From an uncultured Bdellovibrionales bacterium (lineage in GTDB: Bacteria; Patescibacteriota; Minisyncoccia; Moranbacterales; DUUL01): 53,879 nucleotides of DNA. Where the stretch lies: positions 1 to 53,879 of the forward strand of contig CAZXUS010000003.1 of the NCBI GenBank assembly GCA_964643985.1. Reading direction: 5' to 3'. Below, piece after piece: positions 1 through 8,547 of this stretch. The stretch's first letter is position 1; every line of letters starts with the position of its first letter. A model generated the notes under the pieces. It searched no databases, was not told the origin of the DNA, and worked only from the letters and a program-made list of their open reading frames with translations. The translations under genes were made by a program, and so were the position numbers.

Positions 1-1231
1 TTAAAATTTCTTGAAATTCATCTCGAGACAATTCGTTATTTAAACGTTTTTCAATACTATTTTTGAAAATATTCATTTTGTATTCAGTTTTTTTAAGAGG
101 ATATCTTTTAACAAAAAATTTACATAAAGCTAAGGCTGATTTAAAAGGCTCCGAATAATCGATTAATTGAGCTTGTTCATTAAAGATTGTCACTTCTTTA
201 ACAAATTTTTCAGCCGTTCGCTTGTCCCAGCCGGCTCCACCTTTATCCATTGAATTATTGACTTGATCAAAAAACTGCTTCTCATTTGACATTCCCAAAA
301 GAAATTTTTTCATTGATTGTTGCGTTAAATCAGTTTGATAATTGGTAATTGGCAACATTAAATAAGAAAAAATTTGTTTGACCTTAAAAGGTGTAAGTAA
401 TTTACCAATATGCGAATTTGATAAATCCTTAAAGGAATTCATTAAAAGTCGTAAATCATTTGGAATTATTGTTTCCCTGGTAACAACCATCCTTTTTTTA
501 TTTTCTTTGTCAAATTTAGCTTTTTTATTCTTTTTAACAACCACCACTTTTTGAATCTTTCCATCTTTAACATAAACAATTCGATCAGCAAAAGCCAAAT
601 GCGCATGATCATGAGTCACCATTACAATTGTTTTTTTATCAAGCACGTTCAATTCCTTCAAAATAGCCATCACGTTATAGGTTGATTTTGAATCCAAATT
701 ACCAACCGGTTCATCCGCTAAAATTATTTCAGGCTTATTCATCAAAGCTCTAGCAATGGAAACTTTTTGTCGTTGTCCTCCGGAAATATCAGAAGGATAT
801 TTACTGCCTTGATCACCAATATTAAACCGATCCAAAAAACCTTGAGCCAATTCTCGCCTTTTTTTCAAATCAACCCCAAAAAAAACTTGAGGAAGACAAA
901 CATTATCAAGGACCTTTAAAGAGTTAATCAAATGAAAAGATTGAAAAATCATTCCGACAATATTTCGTCGATAATCAGCCTTTTCATTACTATCAAAACC
1001 GTTAATATTTTTACCCAAAACATTTATTGTTCCACTAGTCGGCGTTTCAAAACCAGCGATTGAATTCAATAAAGTTGATTTTCCACATCCAGACGGACCA
1101 AAAATTATGACCCATTCTTGTGGCTCAAATTCTAAATTAACGCTATCCAAGGCTCTGACTTGATTAGCTTCGCCTTTGTGATAAATAACGTTAAGGTCTT
1201 TAATTTCTACTATATTTTTTGTTTCTGACAT
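1..1231 (-). CDS. ABC transporter ATP-binding protein (MacB/LolD-like ATPase) with a long C-terminal extension; 3' end runs off the window
   Basis: ATG at 1231..1229. My translation is MSETKNIVEIKDLNVIYHKGEANQVRALDSVNLEFEPQEWVIIFGPSGCGKST (Walker A), ..YPSDISGGQRQKV.. (ABC signature), ..ILADEP.. (Walker B). The frame stays open to position 1, so it is missing from the ORF track. Confidence 0.8.
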   Translation of the reverse strand, partial: MSETKNIVEIKDLNVIYHKGEANQVRALDSVNLEFEPQEWVIIFGPSGCGKSTLLNSIAGFETPTSGTINVLGKNINGFDSNEKADYRRNIVGMIFQSFHLINSLKVLDNVCLPQVFFGVDLKKRRELAQGFLDRFNIGDQGSKYPSDISGGQRQKVSIARALMNKPEIILADEPVGNLDSKSTYNVMAILKELNVLDKKTIVMVTHDHAHLAFADRIVYVKDGKIQKVVVVKKNKKAKFDKENKKRMVVTRETIIPNDLRLLMNSFKDLSNSHIGKLLTPFKVKQIFSYLMLPITNYQTDLTQQSMKKFLLGMSNEKQFFDQVNNSMDKGGAGWDKRTAEKFVKEVTIFNEQAQLIDYSEPFKSALALCKFFVKRYPLKKTEYKMNIFKNSIEKRLNNELSRDEFQEIL

Positions 1232-1255
1232 TCTCCCTTTAATTTTAAATTAAAA

Positions 1256-3859
1256 TTAATTAGCTATGTTTTCTGGATTTTCTTCAAGTAAATTAAGTTC
1301 GGTTTCTTCTTCTGTGATTGGATTCTCGTTTATTATTGGAGATTCCTCAATAATTGGTTTTTCTTCAGTCAAAACCTCTGCCTCCTTTTGATTCAAATCA
1401 GAAAGAGCTTCCCTGCCACCTTTCAAATTATCAATAATAGTTTGCAATAATTCATTATCTTCATTGGTTTCTTGAATCTTTTCAAATTCTTTTATTGCTT
1501 CAGCTCTCTTTCCTTGTTTATCAAGAACTAAACCAAATAAATAACGGGCATTGGCATATTGAGGATTTAACTTGATAGCTTTTGAAAGATAAATTTCAGC
1601 TTGATTATAGTCCTCTTGTTGATAATAGATTCTGCCTAAATCCATTTGCAATTCCGCGGCGTTTGGATAAATCTCAATGTTCTCAATAGCTTTGTTTAGA
1701 GCTTTTTCTGTTTCACCTTTTTTCTCATAAAGTCCTACCAAAGAAATATTGGCACCCACGTGGTCAGGTTTTATTTTCAAAGCCTTTTTAAGATAATCTT
1801 CCGCCATTGCTAAATATTCTAAACTTTTTTGAGGAAGTTCGATTTTATCTCCCGCTTGTTTACCGGAATTGCTTTCTAGAGTTTCTAAATCAGCCAAAGT
1901 TATCTGAACGCTTGCCATTGATTGATATATCTCTGGATTTTTGGGATCTAATTCAATTGCTTTTTGATAATTCTCGATGGCTTTTTCGCCTGAACTTTTT
2001 TGAAGAATGATAAATTCCTTATAAAGGTTGGCGATTGAAACTAGATTCAAAGAATCAGCCGGATTTAAAGTTTTAGCTTGTTCTAAGGATTGTAGCGCAC
2101 TTTTAAACCGAGTGCTTATATAGTTAGATTCTTCCGGTGTTAGATTTTCCAAACCTTTTTCGGTAATTTTTTCCTTCGCTAACGCTAAATGAACTATTGA
2201 TAAATCCCGATAATAAACATCACGATTGGGATCAAGTGAAACCGCTTTTGAAATCTTTTCGGCGGTTTTATTGACGTCACCTTCTTGATTACCGGCTTTC
2301 AAAGCTTGATTGAAATAAATAGCAGCTATATATTTTTGACCATGAAGATAAACTACTGCCGTAAATCCGATTATCACCAAAACAAAACCAAATGAAAGAA
2401 AAAAGGAAGTTTTTGGACTATTGGAAGTTGTAGTAAGCTCATTGGCGGTTTGACTTTTATCCTTATTATTCAAGAAATAAGTAGTCAACAGCAAAGCAAA
2501 GAACAACCACCACAGCATCAAAATGGTGATATTAGAAAAATACAAGAACAAGAAAATAGTCAAAAACAGCCAACCAACGGCCATTGAAATAACCGAATAA
2601 TTATTAAAATTATTATTTTCAGCACTATTTATATTCTGAATTATTCGAATGGCCTCTTTAAACAAAATTGCAAAACCAGAAACGACTAGAAACAAAAATG
2701 AAATTATTCCTAAAAGCCCCGTGGTTGAAGCTAAAGTTAAAAAGAAACTAGTGGACTCGTTGAAATTAACCGCTGAAAACTCGCCCAAATCACTTGGTCG
2801 ATGTTGCTTATAAACATTAGAAAAAGTCGCTGGACCGCTTCCTAGCATTGGATTATCTTTGAGAGAACTTAGCGAAATTTTTGTAGCAATTTCATGTTTC
2901 AAAAAAACTTCTACCGGCAAATCAACATTATTCAGAAGAGGTTTTCCTCGAAGAAAAAACATCAAAGTAAGAATTAAAAAAATCATCGGCAAAACTCTAG
3001 CTTGCGAAGGCTTCTTATTTTCAATTAGAATAGCGATTCCCAAGATAATTGCCAACATAATAAGCAAAACTATCCAAATCATTTTGAAATTGACTACTGC
3101 CAATATAAAGAATGAACCCACTGACAAAACAATCAAAAATCCCTTAATCCACTTGGAAATATCAGAAAGAAACAACGTGACGGAAATTAGAAAAACTAAA
3201 GCTATATAAATTGCAAAAATATAAACCGAACCGATTGTAGTAAAAGAAGCAATTTTAGCGAACTCAAACGGTAATAAATAAATCCCTAAAAATTGCAATA
3301 CGCCAAAAAGCACTAAAATAAAACCGCCCAAAAGGAAGGCAAACATCAATTTAGCAACCCCGCTGTAATCACTGATATTATTAAAGATTAAAATGAAAAA
3401 TGTGACCAGAAAAAGCATTGTCACGAAAGCATTGCTCTCGCCTCCAAAATAGCCCCACATACTTTGTTCATAATAACTTGAATAGAAAGTGCTCAAAGCG
3501 TAAATCAATAAAAATGTTAAAACTGGAATTAGCACAAAACTTTTTCGAAATCGTATTTCATTTCTCCAGGCCATTTTTCCAATCCAAGCCAAGACACTGA
3601 TCCCGATTAGTCCAATCAATAAAGTTTGCTTATTAAGTTCCAACGGACTAGAAACATTAACGTAGAAAAAAATCGGTAAAAAAGCCGTCACTAAATATAA
3701 AGGAATTTTTATCAACAAATCCATTAATTTTGAATTTTTGAGACTTCTTTCTTTTTCGTTACTTTTTGTCACAACTTTATCAACACTTTTTTCCGCGATA
3801 ACTTGATTTTTAACTTCTTTTCTAACATTCAAGAAATTTTTTATTTCATCTTTTTTCAT
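1256..3859 (-). CDS. Polytopic membrane protein with an O-antigen-ligase-like (Wzy_C-type) domain and C-terminal TPR repeats
   Basis: 867-aa ORF. Many hydrophobic segments fill the first ~500 aa. TPR-like repeats follow (AIELDPKNPEIYQSMA, ALKIKPDHVGANISLVGLY, AIKLNPQYANARYLFGLVL). Confidence 0.6.
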   Translation of the reverse strand: MKKDEIKNFLNVRKEVKNQVIAEKSVDKVVTKSNEKERSLKNSKLMDLLIKIPLYLVTAFLPIFFYVNVSSPLELNKQTLLIGLIGISVLAWIGKMAWRNEIRFRKSFVLIPVLTFLLIYALSTFYSSYYEQSMWGYFGGESNAFVTMLFLVTFFILIFNNISDYSGVAKLMFAFLLGGFILVLFGVLQFLGIYLLPFEFAKIASFTTIGSVYIFAIYIALVFLISVTLFLSDISKWIKGFLIVLSVGSFFILAVVNFKMIWIVLLIMLAIILGIAILIENKKPSQARVLPMIFLILTLMFFLRGKPLLNNVDLPVEVFLKHEIATKISLSSLKDNPMLGSGPATFSNVYKQHRPSDLGEFSAVNFNESTSFFLTLASTTGLLGIISFLFLVVSGFAILFKEAIRIIQNINSAENNNFNNYSVISMAVGWLFLTIFLFLYFSNITILMLWWLFFALLLTTYFLNNKDKSQTANELTTTSNSPKTSFFLSFGFVLVIIGFTAVVYLHGQKYIAAIYFNQALKAGNQEGDVNKTAEKISKAVSLDPNRDVYYRDLSIVHLALAKEKITEKGLENLTPEESNYISTRFKSALQSLEQAKTLNPADSLNLVSIANLYKEFIILQKSSGEKAIENYQKAIELDPKNPEIYQSMASVQITLADLETLESNSGKQAGDKIELPQKSLEYLAMAEDYLKKALKIKPDHVGANISLVGLYEKKGETEKALNKAIENIEIYPNAAELQMDLGRIYYQQEDYNQAEIYLSKAIKLNPQYANARYLFGLVLDKQGKRAEAIKEFEKIQETNEDNELLQTIIDNLKGGREALSDLNQKEAEVLTEEKPIIEESPIINENPITEEETELNLLEENPENIAN

Positions 3860-4109
3860 TGGTGTTTTTGTTATTATTCATTAAAGTTTAAAACTAAACC
3901 GACCAAATTACTAATGGCTTAATTTCAATTATACTAATTTCTAAAAAATATGCAAATCGAATTTAAAACAAAATTTTTCAAAAAAATCCGTCCAAGTTTC
4001 TCCTTAGGTTCAACCCCAGCGAATACAGGGGTCGAACCCAAGGAAAAACTCAAAAAACCCTAGAAAATTTTTAACAAATACAATTCTAGACTTCATTTAT
4101 GACTATCTA

Positions 4110-4138
4110 TTGCCTTCCAGATAAAAATATGATAAAAT
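4110..4138 (+). promoter_or_regulatory. Putative sigma70-type promoter of rpmE (TTGCCT-17-TAAAAT)
   Basis: TTGCCT at 4110-4115, 17-nt spacer, TAAAAT at 4133-4138, about 50 nt upstream of the rpmE ATG. Confidence 0.35.
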
Positions 4139-4188
4139 CTCATTTGAAGTTGTTTGTTTTAAACTGTTTATAAGATTAAAGAAGATTT

Positions 4189-4470
4189 ATGAAAAAGAAA
4201 ATTCACCCAAAATATAATTCAGAAGTTGAGGCTAAATGCGCTTGCGGTAGCACTTTTAAAGTTGGTTCAACGGCCGAAGTTATCAATGTTGAAATTTGTA
4301 GTAAATGCCACCCTTTTTATACTGGAAAAGAAAAATTAGTCGACAGCACTGGACGAGTTGACCGATTTAAAAAACGAATGGAAAAAAGTCAAGAATTAAA
4401 AGTCAAAAAAACTAAAAGCCCTGAAAAAGAAGCTTCTGAAACTATCGAAAAAGCAGAAACTAAAAAATAG
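4189..4470 (+). CDS. rpmE: 50S ribosomal protein L31 (Zn-ribbon type)
   Basis: [34 protein letters not shown] is a typical L31 sequence. Confidence 0.9.
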   Translation: MKKKIHPKYNSEVEAKCACGSTFKVGSTAEVINVEICSKCHPFYTGKEKLVDSTGRVDRFKKRMEKSQELKVKKTKSPEKEASETIEKAETKK

Positions 4471-4483
4471 CACTCTTTATAAA

Positions 4484-4525
4484 AATTCCCGCTACTATTT
4501 CCAAAAATAGGCGGGAATTTTTTTA
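4484..4525 (+). terminator. Intrinsic terminator after rpmE
   Basis: AATTCCCGC (4484-4492) pairs with GCGGGAATT (4511-4519), followed by a T-run. The arms match those of the ATTCCCGC/GCGGGAAT repeat family. Confidence 0.7.
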
Positions 4526-4529
4526 TATA

Positions 4530-4720
4530 GGGACTGTTTCCAAATACAGTTTTATAGCGAAAAATTAGAATTTTGAGGTAAATTTTTCAAACAATTTTTG
4601 AAGCTTTAGCGTTAGTTAAGGCAATAAAATTTTTGTAAAATTTAACCAAAATTATAATTTTGTCCGCCTCGGCAAGCCTCAGCGAGACGGGCAGTAAAAA
4701 GGGTGTTTGGAAACAATCCC
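4530..4720. mobile_element. MITE-like element, family D (TIR GGGACTGTTTCCAAA), copy 1, carrying a nested 29-bp palindromic insert at 4663-4691
   Basis: Left end is GGGACTGTTTCCAAATAC. The right end TTTGGAAACAATCCC is its inverted repeat. The internal long AT-rich hairpin is shared with copies at 34091, 34476 and 52467. Confidence 0.7.
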
Positions 4721-4789
4721 ATGTAAGAATTGTTTCTAATATATGCTATACTTTATTTAAATAAATTTTAAACACTTTCAAATAATTTA

Positions 4790-5860
4790 ATGAAGCAAGA
4801 AAGGCTCGATAAAATCAAAGAAAATTACGCTGAATTAAAAAAAGAGTTGGAAAATCCAGCTAATTTTTCTAATCCCGAAAAACTCAAAGGAATTAATAAG
4901 GAATTAAGCGAAAAAGAAGAACTAATTGACCAAATCAAAAAATTAGAAGAAACCCAGAGACAACTTCAAGAAAATAATAAATTTCTCAAAGAAGAACAGG
5001 ATGAAGATCTTTTAGAAATGGCCAAAGCCGAAAAAGAAGAACTGGAAAATAGTTTAGAAAACTTAGAAAATACGATTGAAAAACTTCTCCTACCCTCCGA
5101 CCCTCGGGATAAAAAAAATATTATCGTTGAAATTCGAGCCGGAGCTGGAGGCGACGAAGCCAGTCTTTTTGCCGCTGAATTATTCAAAATGTATTCTCGT
5201 TACGCTGAAAAAAATAATTGGCGAACTGAAATAAATAATTCAAATTCCAATGGTTTAGGTGGCTTCAAGGAAATAATTTTTGAAATTTCTGGAAAAAATG
5301 TTTACTCAAAACTCAAATTCGAATCTGGAGTTCATCGAGTGCAAAGAATTCCCGAAACTGAAAAACAAGGACGAGTCCATACTTCCACTGTCACAGTAGC
5401 GGTTCTTCCTCGAGCCGAAAAAACCGACTTAGAAATCAGACCGGACGAACTAAGAATTGACACCTTCGCCTCTTCTGGGCCCGGTGGACAATCTGTTAAT
5501 ACCACCAATTCCGCCGTTCGAATAACCCATCTTCCAACCGGAACGATGTCTTCTTGCCAAGATCAAAAGTCTCAACTGCAAAACAAAGAAAAAGCGATGC
5601 AAATTCTTCGCTCTAGACTTTTAGCTCAAAAAGAAGAAAAAGAGCAAGCTGAGGCTTCTTCAGCCCGAAAACAACAAATTGGAACAGGTGACCGAAGCGA
5701 AAAAATTAGAACCTATAATTTTCCTCAAGACCGAATTACTGATCATCGAATCAAAACTAGCTGGTCTAATATTGAAACAATTTTAAACGGTGAATTAGAC
5801 GACATCATTAATCAAATCACTCAAAAAGATTTAGAAATGAAACTTAATGATGAAAATTAA
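4790..5860 (+). CDS. prfA: Peptide chain release factor 1
   Basis: GGQ motif ([11 protein letters not shown]) and RF1-type PxT region ([14 protein letters not shown]). 356 aa. Confidence 0.95.
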   Translation: MKQERLDKIKENYAELKKELENPANFSNPEKLKGINKELSEKEELIDQIKKLEETQRQLQENNKFLKEEQDEDLLEMAKAEKEELENSLENLENTIEKLLLPSDPRDKKNIIVEIRAGAGGDEASLFAAELFKMYSRYAEKNNWRTEINNSNSNGLGGFKEIIFEISGKNVYSKLKFESGVHRVQRIPETEKQGRVHTSTVTVAVLPRAEKTDLEIRPDELRIDTFASSGPGGQSVNTTNSAVRITHLPTGTMSSCQDQKSQLQNKEKAMQILRSRLLAQKEEKEQAEASSARKQQIGTGDRSEKIRTYNFPQDRITDHRIKTSWSNIETILNGELDDIINQITQKDLEMKLNDEN

Positions 5861-6779
5861 AGAAATTCTTAAACAAGCCAACCGACAACTGCAAAAATAT
5901 TCTCCGACTGCCCCCCTTGATGCGGAAATTTTATTAAGTTCAGTTTTGAAAAAAAATCGAGAATTTTTGTTTTCCAATCCTGACTATCAACCTTCTTCTC
6001 AAAAAATAAAAACTTTCAAAGCTCTAATTCAAAAAAGAATTGAGCAAGAACCGATTGCCTATCTCATTAAAGAAAAAGATTTTTACGGCCGAACTTTCGA
6101 TGTTGATTGCTCGACCCTAATTCCTCGCCCCGAAACCGAACTTTTAGTTGAAAAAACCCTAGAATATTGTCATAAAGAATTTTATCCTTCCCAAAATATC
6201 GCTCTCATTGATATTGGAACTGGATCAGGTTGTATTTTAGTCTCACTTTTGAAAGAACTTCAAAAGAAGCGTTTTAGAGAATCTAAAATCAAAGCTTTCG
6301 GAATTGATATTTCAGCAAAAGCTTTAAGAATTGCTAAGAAAAATTCAGAAAGAATAGAGCTTCTTACTAAAATTAATTTTTTGAAAGGTAGTTTATTGGA
6401 ACCAATTTTTGGGAAAAATTTCTCTGTTTCTAATTTTAGCAACTGCTTTCCAGCAAATACGCAACTAGTAATTACCGCTAACCTGCCCTATTTATCAGCT
6501 GACATTTATGAAAACTGCCCTAAGTCAGTTCTTGATTTTGAACCCAAAAAAGCGCTCATCGCCAAAAAAGACGGCCTAGAATTCTATTTAAAGCTCTTAA
6601 ATCAGATCAAACGATTAAAACTACCTGATTTAGTTCAAAATCTTTATTTAATTTTTGAAATATCGCCGGAGCAAAAAAATCTTGCCGAAGAAGATTTTAA
6701 GAAGATTTTTCCTAACTTAAAAGTTAAATTCAGCAAAGACCTTGCCCAAAAATGGCGTTTTATTGAAATTTTCTTTTAA
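5847..6779 (+). CDS. prmC: Release-factor glutamine N5-methyltransferase (HemK/PrmC)
   Basis: Overlaps the prfA stop by 14 nt. SAM-binding motif IDIGTGSGC. The catalytic tetrapeptide reads NLPY (ITANLPYL) rather than NPPY. Confidence 0.85.
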   Translation: MMKIKEILKQANRQLQKYSPTAPLDAEILLSSVLKKNREFLFSNPDYQPSSQKIKTFKALIQKRIEQEPIAYLIKEKDFYGRTFDVDCSTLIPRPETELLVEKTLEYCHKEFYPSQNIALIDIGTGSGCILVSLLKELQKKRFRESKIKAFGIDISAKALRIAKKNSERIELLTKINFLKGSLLEPIFGKNFSVSNFSNCFPANTQLVITANLPYLSADIYENCPKSVLDFEPKKALIAKKDGLEFYLKLLNQIKRLKLPDLVQNLYLIFEISPEQKNLAEEDFKKIFPNLKVKFSKDLAQKWRFIEIFF

Positions 6780-6863
6780 ATGGTGTAAAATTAAAACAAG
6801 TCAATTCTTAAGATTGCAATTTAAAAATCAAAACTTTTTTCTTCTGTTCTTCCCTTTTCAGAC

Positions 6864-7003
6864 TGTCATTCCCGCTCACATCTTGTCATTTCCGCACTCA
6901 ACTTGTCATTCCCGCTTTAAACTTGTCATTCCCGCGGAGGCGGGAATCCAGAATTTTAAGATTATGACTTCTCCCCCTAGATTCCCGCCTCCGCGGGAAT
7001 GAC
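6864..7003. repeat. Family A array: four 20-bp units (TGTCATTCCCGC+N8), a terminal palindrome GTCATTCCCGCGGAGGCGGGAATCCAG (6925-6951), and an inverted copy (6981-7003)
   Basis: Units start at 6864, 6884, 6904 and 6924. The stem-loop is ATTCCCGC-GGAG-GCGGGAAT. The reverse-orientation copy is ATTCCCGCCTCCGCGGGAATGAC. Confidence 0.85.
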
Positions 7004-7104
7004 AAAGATGTTTTTACTTTTAATTTAGGCTCTTATCTTTTAACTTTTATATTATTGAAATTTTTTTATAAATACCCTATGTTTAAATAAATACCTTAAT
7101 CCTC

Positions 7105-7554
7105 ATGACTAAATTAGCAATTAACAAGAAGGCGCACTTTGATTATGAAATTCTCGAAACCTTCGAGGCTGGTTTAGTATTAAAAGGCTACGAAGTCAAA
7201 TCTGCCAAAAACGGTCATATTTCCCTCAAAGGTGCTTTTGTCACTTTTAGAAGAAACGAACTTTATCTAACCAACGCCCATATCAATCCCTATAAACAAG
7301 CTGGGATTATTGAAGGTTATGACCCCACCAACCCCCGGAAACTGTTAGTCAAAAAAAGTGAACTAAAAAAACTAATCGGAAAAGTTCGAGTTGATGGCTT
7401 GACATTAATACCCATTTCAATGTATAATAAAAAAGGTCTAGTCAAGTTAGAATTTGCGTTAGGCAAAGGAAAAAAACGAACCGATAAACGTCGAACCATT
7501 CAAGCTCGGGAAAATAAAGTTAAAATTTCACGAGCATTCAAAGAAAGAAGATAG
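7105..7554 (+). CDS. smpB: SsrA-binding protein SmpB
   Basis: KKAHFDYEILETFEAGLVLKGYEVKS.. is a typical SmpB N-terminus. 149 aa, next to the tmRNA gene. Confidence 0.95.
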   Translation: MTKLAINKKAHFDYEILETFEAGLVLKGYEVKSAKNGHISLKGAFVTFRRNELYLTNAHINPYKQAGIIEGYDPTNPRKLLVKKSELKKLIGKVRVDGLTLIPISMYNKKGLVKLEFALGKGKKRTDKRRTIQARENKVKISRAFKERR

Positions 7555-7567
7555 AATTTTGAATTTC

Positions 7568-7617
7568 AAATTTTGAATTTTGCTGTGCCTCGCCGTAGCT
7601 TTAGCGAAGGCGGGATT
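7568..7617. repeat. Left arm of a 50-bp inverted repeat flanking ssrA (contains the family B1 core CCTCGCCGTAGCTTTAGCGAAGGCGGG)
   Basis: AAATTTTGAATTTTGCTGTGCCTCGCCGTAGCTTTAGCGAAGGCGGGATT matches the reverse complement of 8404-8453 at 49 of 50 positions. Confidence 0.9.
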
Positions 7618-7791
7618 CAATGTCGAATGAACTAATTTCTTAATTTTTAAATAAAATTTATTTAGAGAATTAAGTCATTAAAAATTGATTAAAAATTCAA
7701 AATTGGAAATTTAAAATTAAGAAAAGCTAATCTTTTTTTAATTTTATTTCCTAAAGATTAACTTTTAATAAAACATTAAACGTGTACCCTC

Positions 7792-8265
7792 GGGGGTGTC
7801 AGGCTTCGACAGGTTAAGTATTTTGAAATTTGCAAGCTGAGTTATATGCCTCATTAAAAGCATATAGGGATTGGCTTTAAGTGTTATTTTGTTTTCAAAA
7901 TTGAAAAGAACATTTAAAGCCAATCCCGAAACCTTATAAGTGCAAACTTATATAACAAAGCAAAAAGTGCGTTAGCATCAGCTTTCACACCCAATTTTGC
8001 TGCTGCCATAGCTTAATATAACCTATGGTCCATCGATTGATCGACTCTCAATAGATCTTATTCGGTGTCAACATTGAGATATAATTAATTTGTTTTCTTT
8101 TGGCAAATTAGTTGAATTCTACAAAAGAGGATTTATTAATTATTTTGTTTGTTTAAAGATTTTTAAATTCTATGGAATTTTATTATTCCTAAAATAAACA
8201 CTCTAAGCTTGTAGACGATTTTAAAATTTTGACACTGGACATGGGTTCAATTCCCATCACCTCCA
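7792..8265 (+). ncRNA. ssrA: tmRNA (SsrA), about 474 nt
   Basis: The 5' end GGGGGUGUCAGGCUUCGACAGG pairs with the 3' end CACCUCC-A. It has a G3:U wobble (alanine identity) and a T-arm GGGUUCAAUUCCC. CCA is not fully encoded. The tag reading frame GCA(7942)..TAA(8016) encodes ANLYNKAKSALASAFTPNFAAAIA. Confidence 0.9.
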
Positions 8266-8403
8266 CAAATTATTTTACTCTCTTAGTAGAGAGTAAAAAA
8301 TTAATTTTTAATTTTTTAATTTTTAATGACTTAATTTTTAATTACGCAAGCTCTGCCTGCGTTCATTGAGACATTGTTTAAAAAATTAAGTAATTCAAAA
8401 TTA

Positions 8404-8453
8404 AATCCCGCCTTCGCTAAAGCTACGGCGAGGCACAACAAAATTCAAAATTT
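8404..8453. repeat. Right arm of the 50-bp inverted repeat flanking ssrA
   Basis: See 7568-7617. Further matching inverted blocks lie at 7671-7687 / 8318-8334 (TTAAGTCATTAAAAATT). Confidence 0.9.
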
Positions 8454-8547
8454 ATAATGCCCTTTGGGTGTAAAATTTCTTTCTGCCATTGCCAAAAACA
8501 TAACTTTTTGATATATTTAATAAAATTTAATAAACTAAACTAAAACC

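Noticed and set aside
1807-3600. Plus-strand ORFs (1807..2010, 2859..3209, 3418..3600) and other short antisense ORFs nested in long genes throughout the track.
   Set aside because: They lie entirely inside well-supported genes on the opposite strand, have low-complexity composition and carry no motifs. They are typical shadow ORFs of AT-rich DNA.
3860-4188. Possible small RNA or tRNA fragment, because of GGTTCAACCCC / GGGGTCGAACCC (T-arm-like) at 4007-4039.
   Set aside because: No cloverleaf can be built. The sequence is one member of the family E palindromes, which also occur at 10052 and 10587.
6864-6951. CRISPR-like appearance of regularly spaced TGTCATTCCCGC units.
   Set aside because: The period is only 20 bp, with 12-nt repeats and 8-nt spacers. 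The units are degenerate. The same arrays recur at four loci ending in the same palindrome. No cas genes are present. This is a minisatellite / REP-like array.
6742-7002. 86-aa ORF, and similar ORFs at 9406..9597, 10621..10827, 16418..16654 and 25967..26164.
   Set aside because: They are composed largely of repeat-family sequence (peptides such as VIPAEAGIQ or SFPHSTCHSRF). They lack SD and start context and overlap better-supported features.
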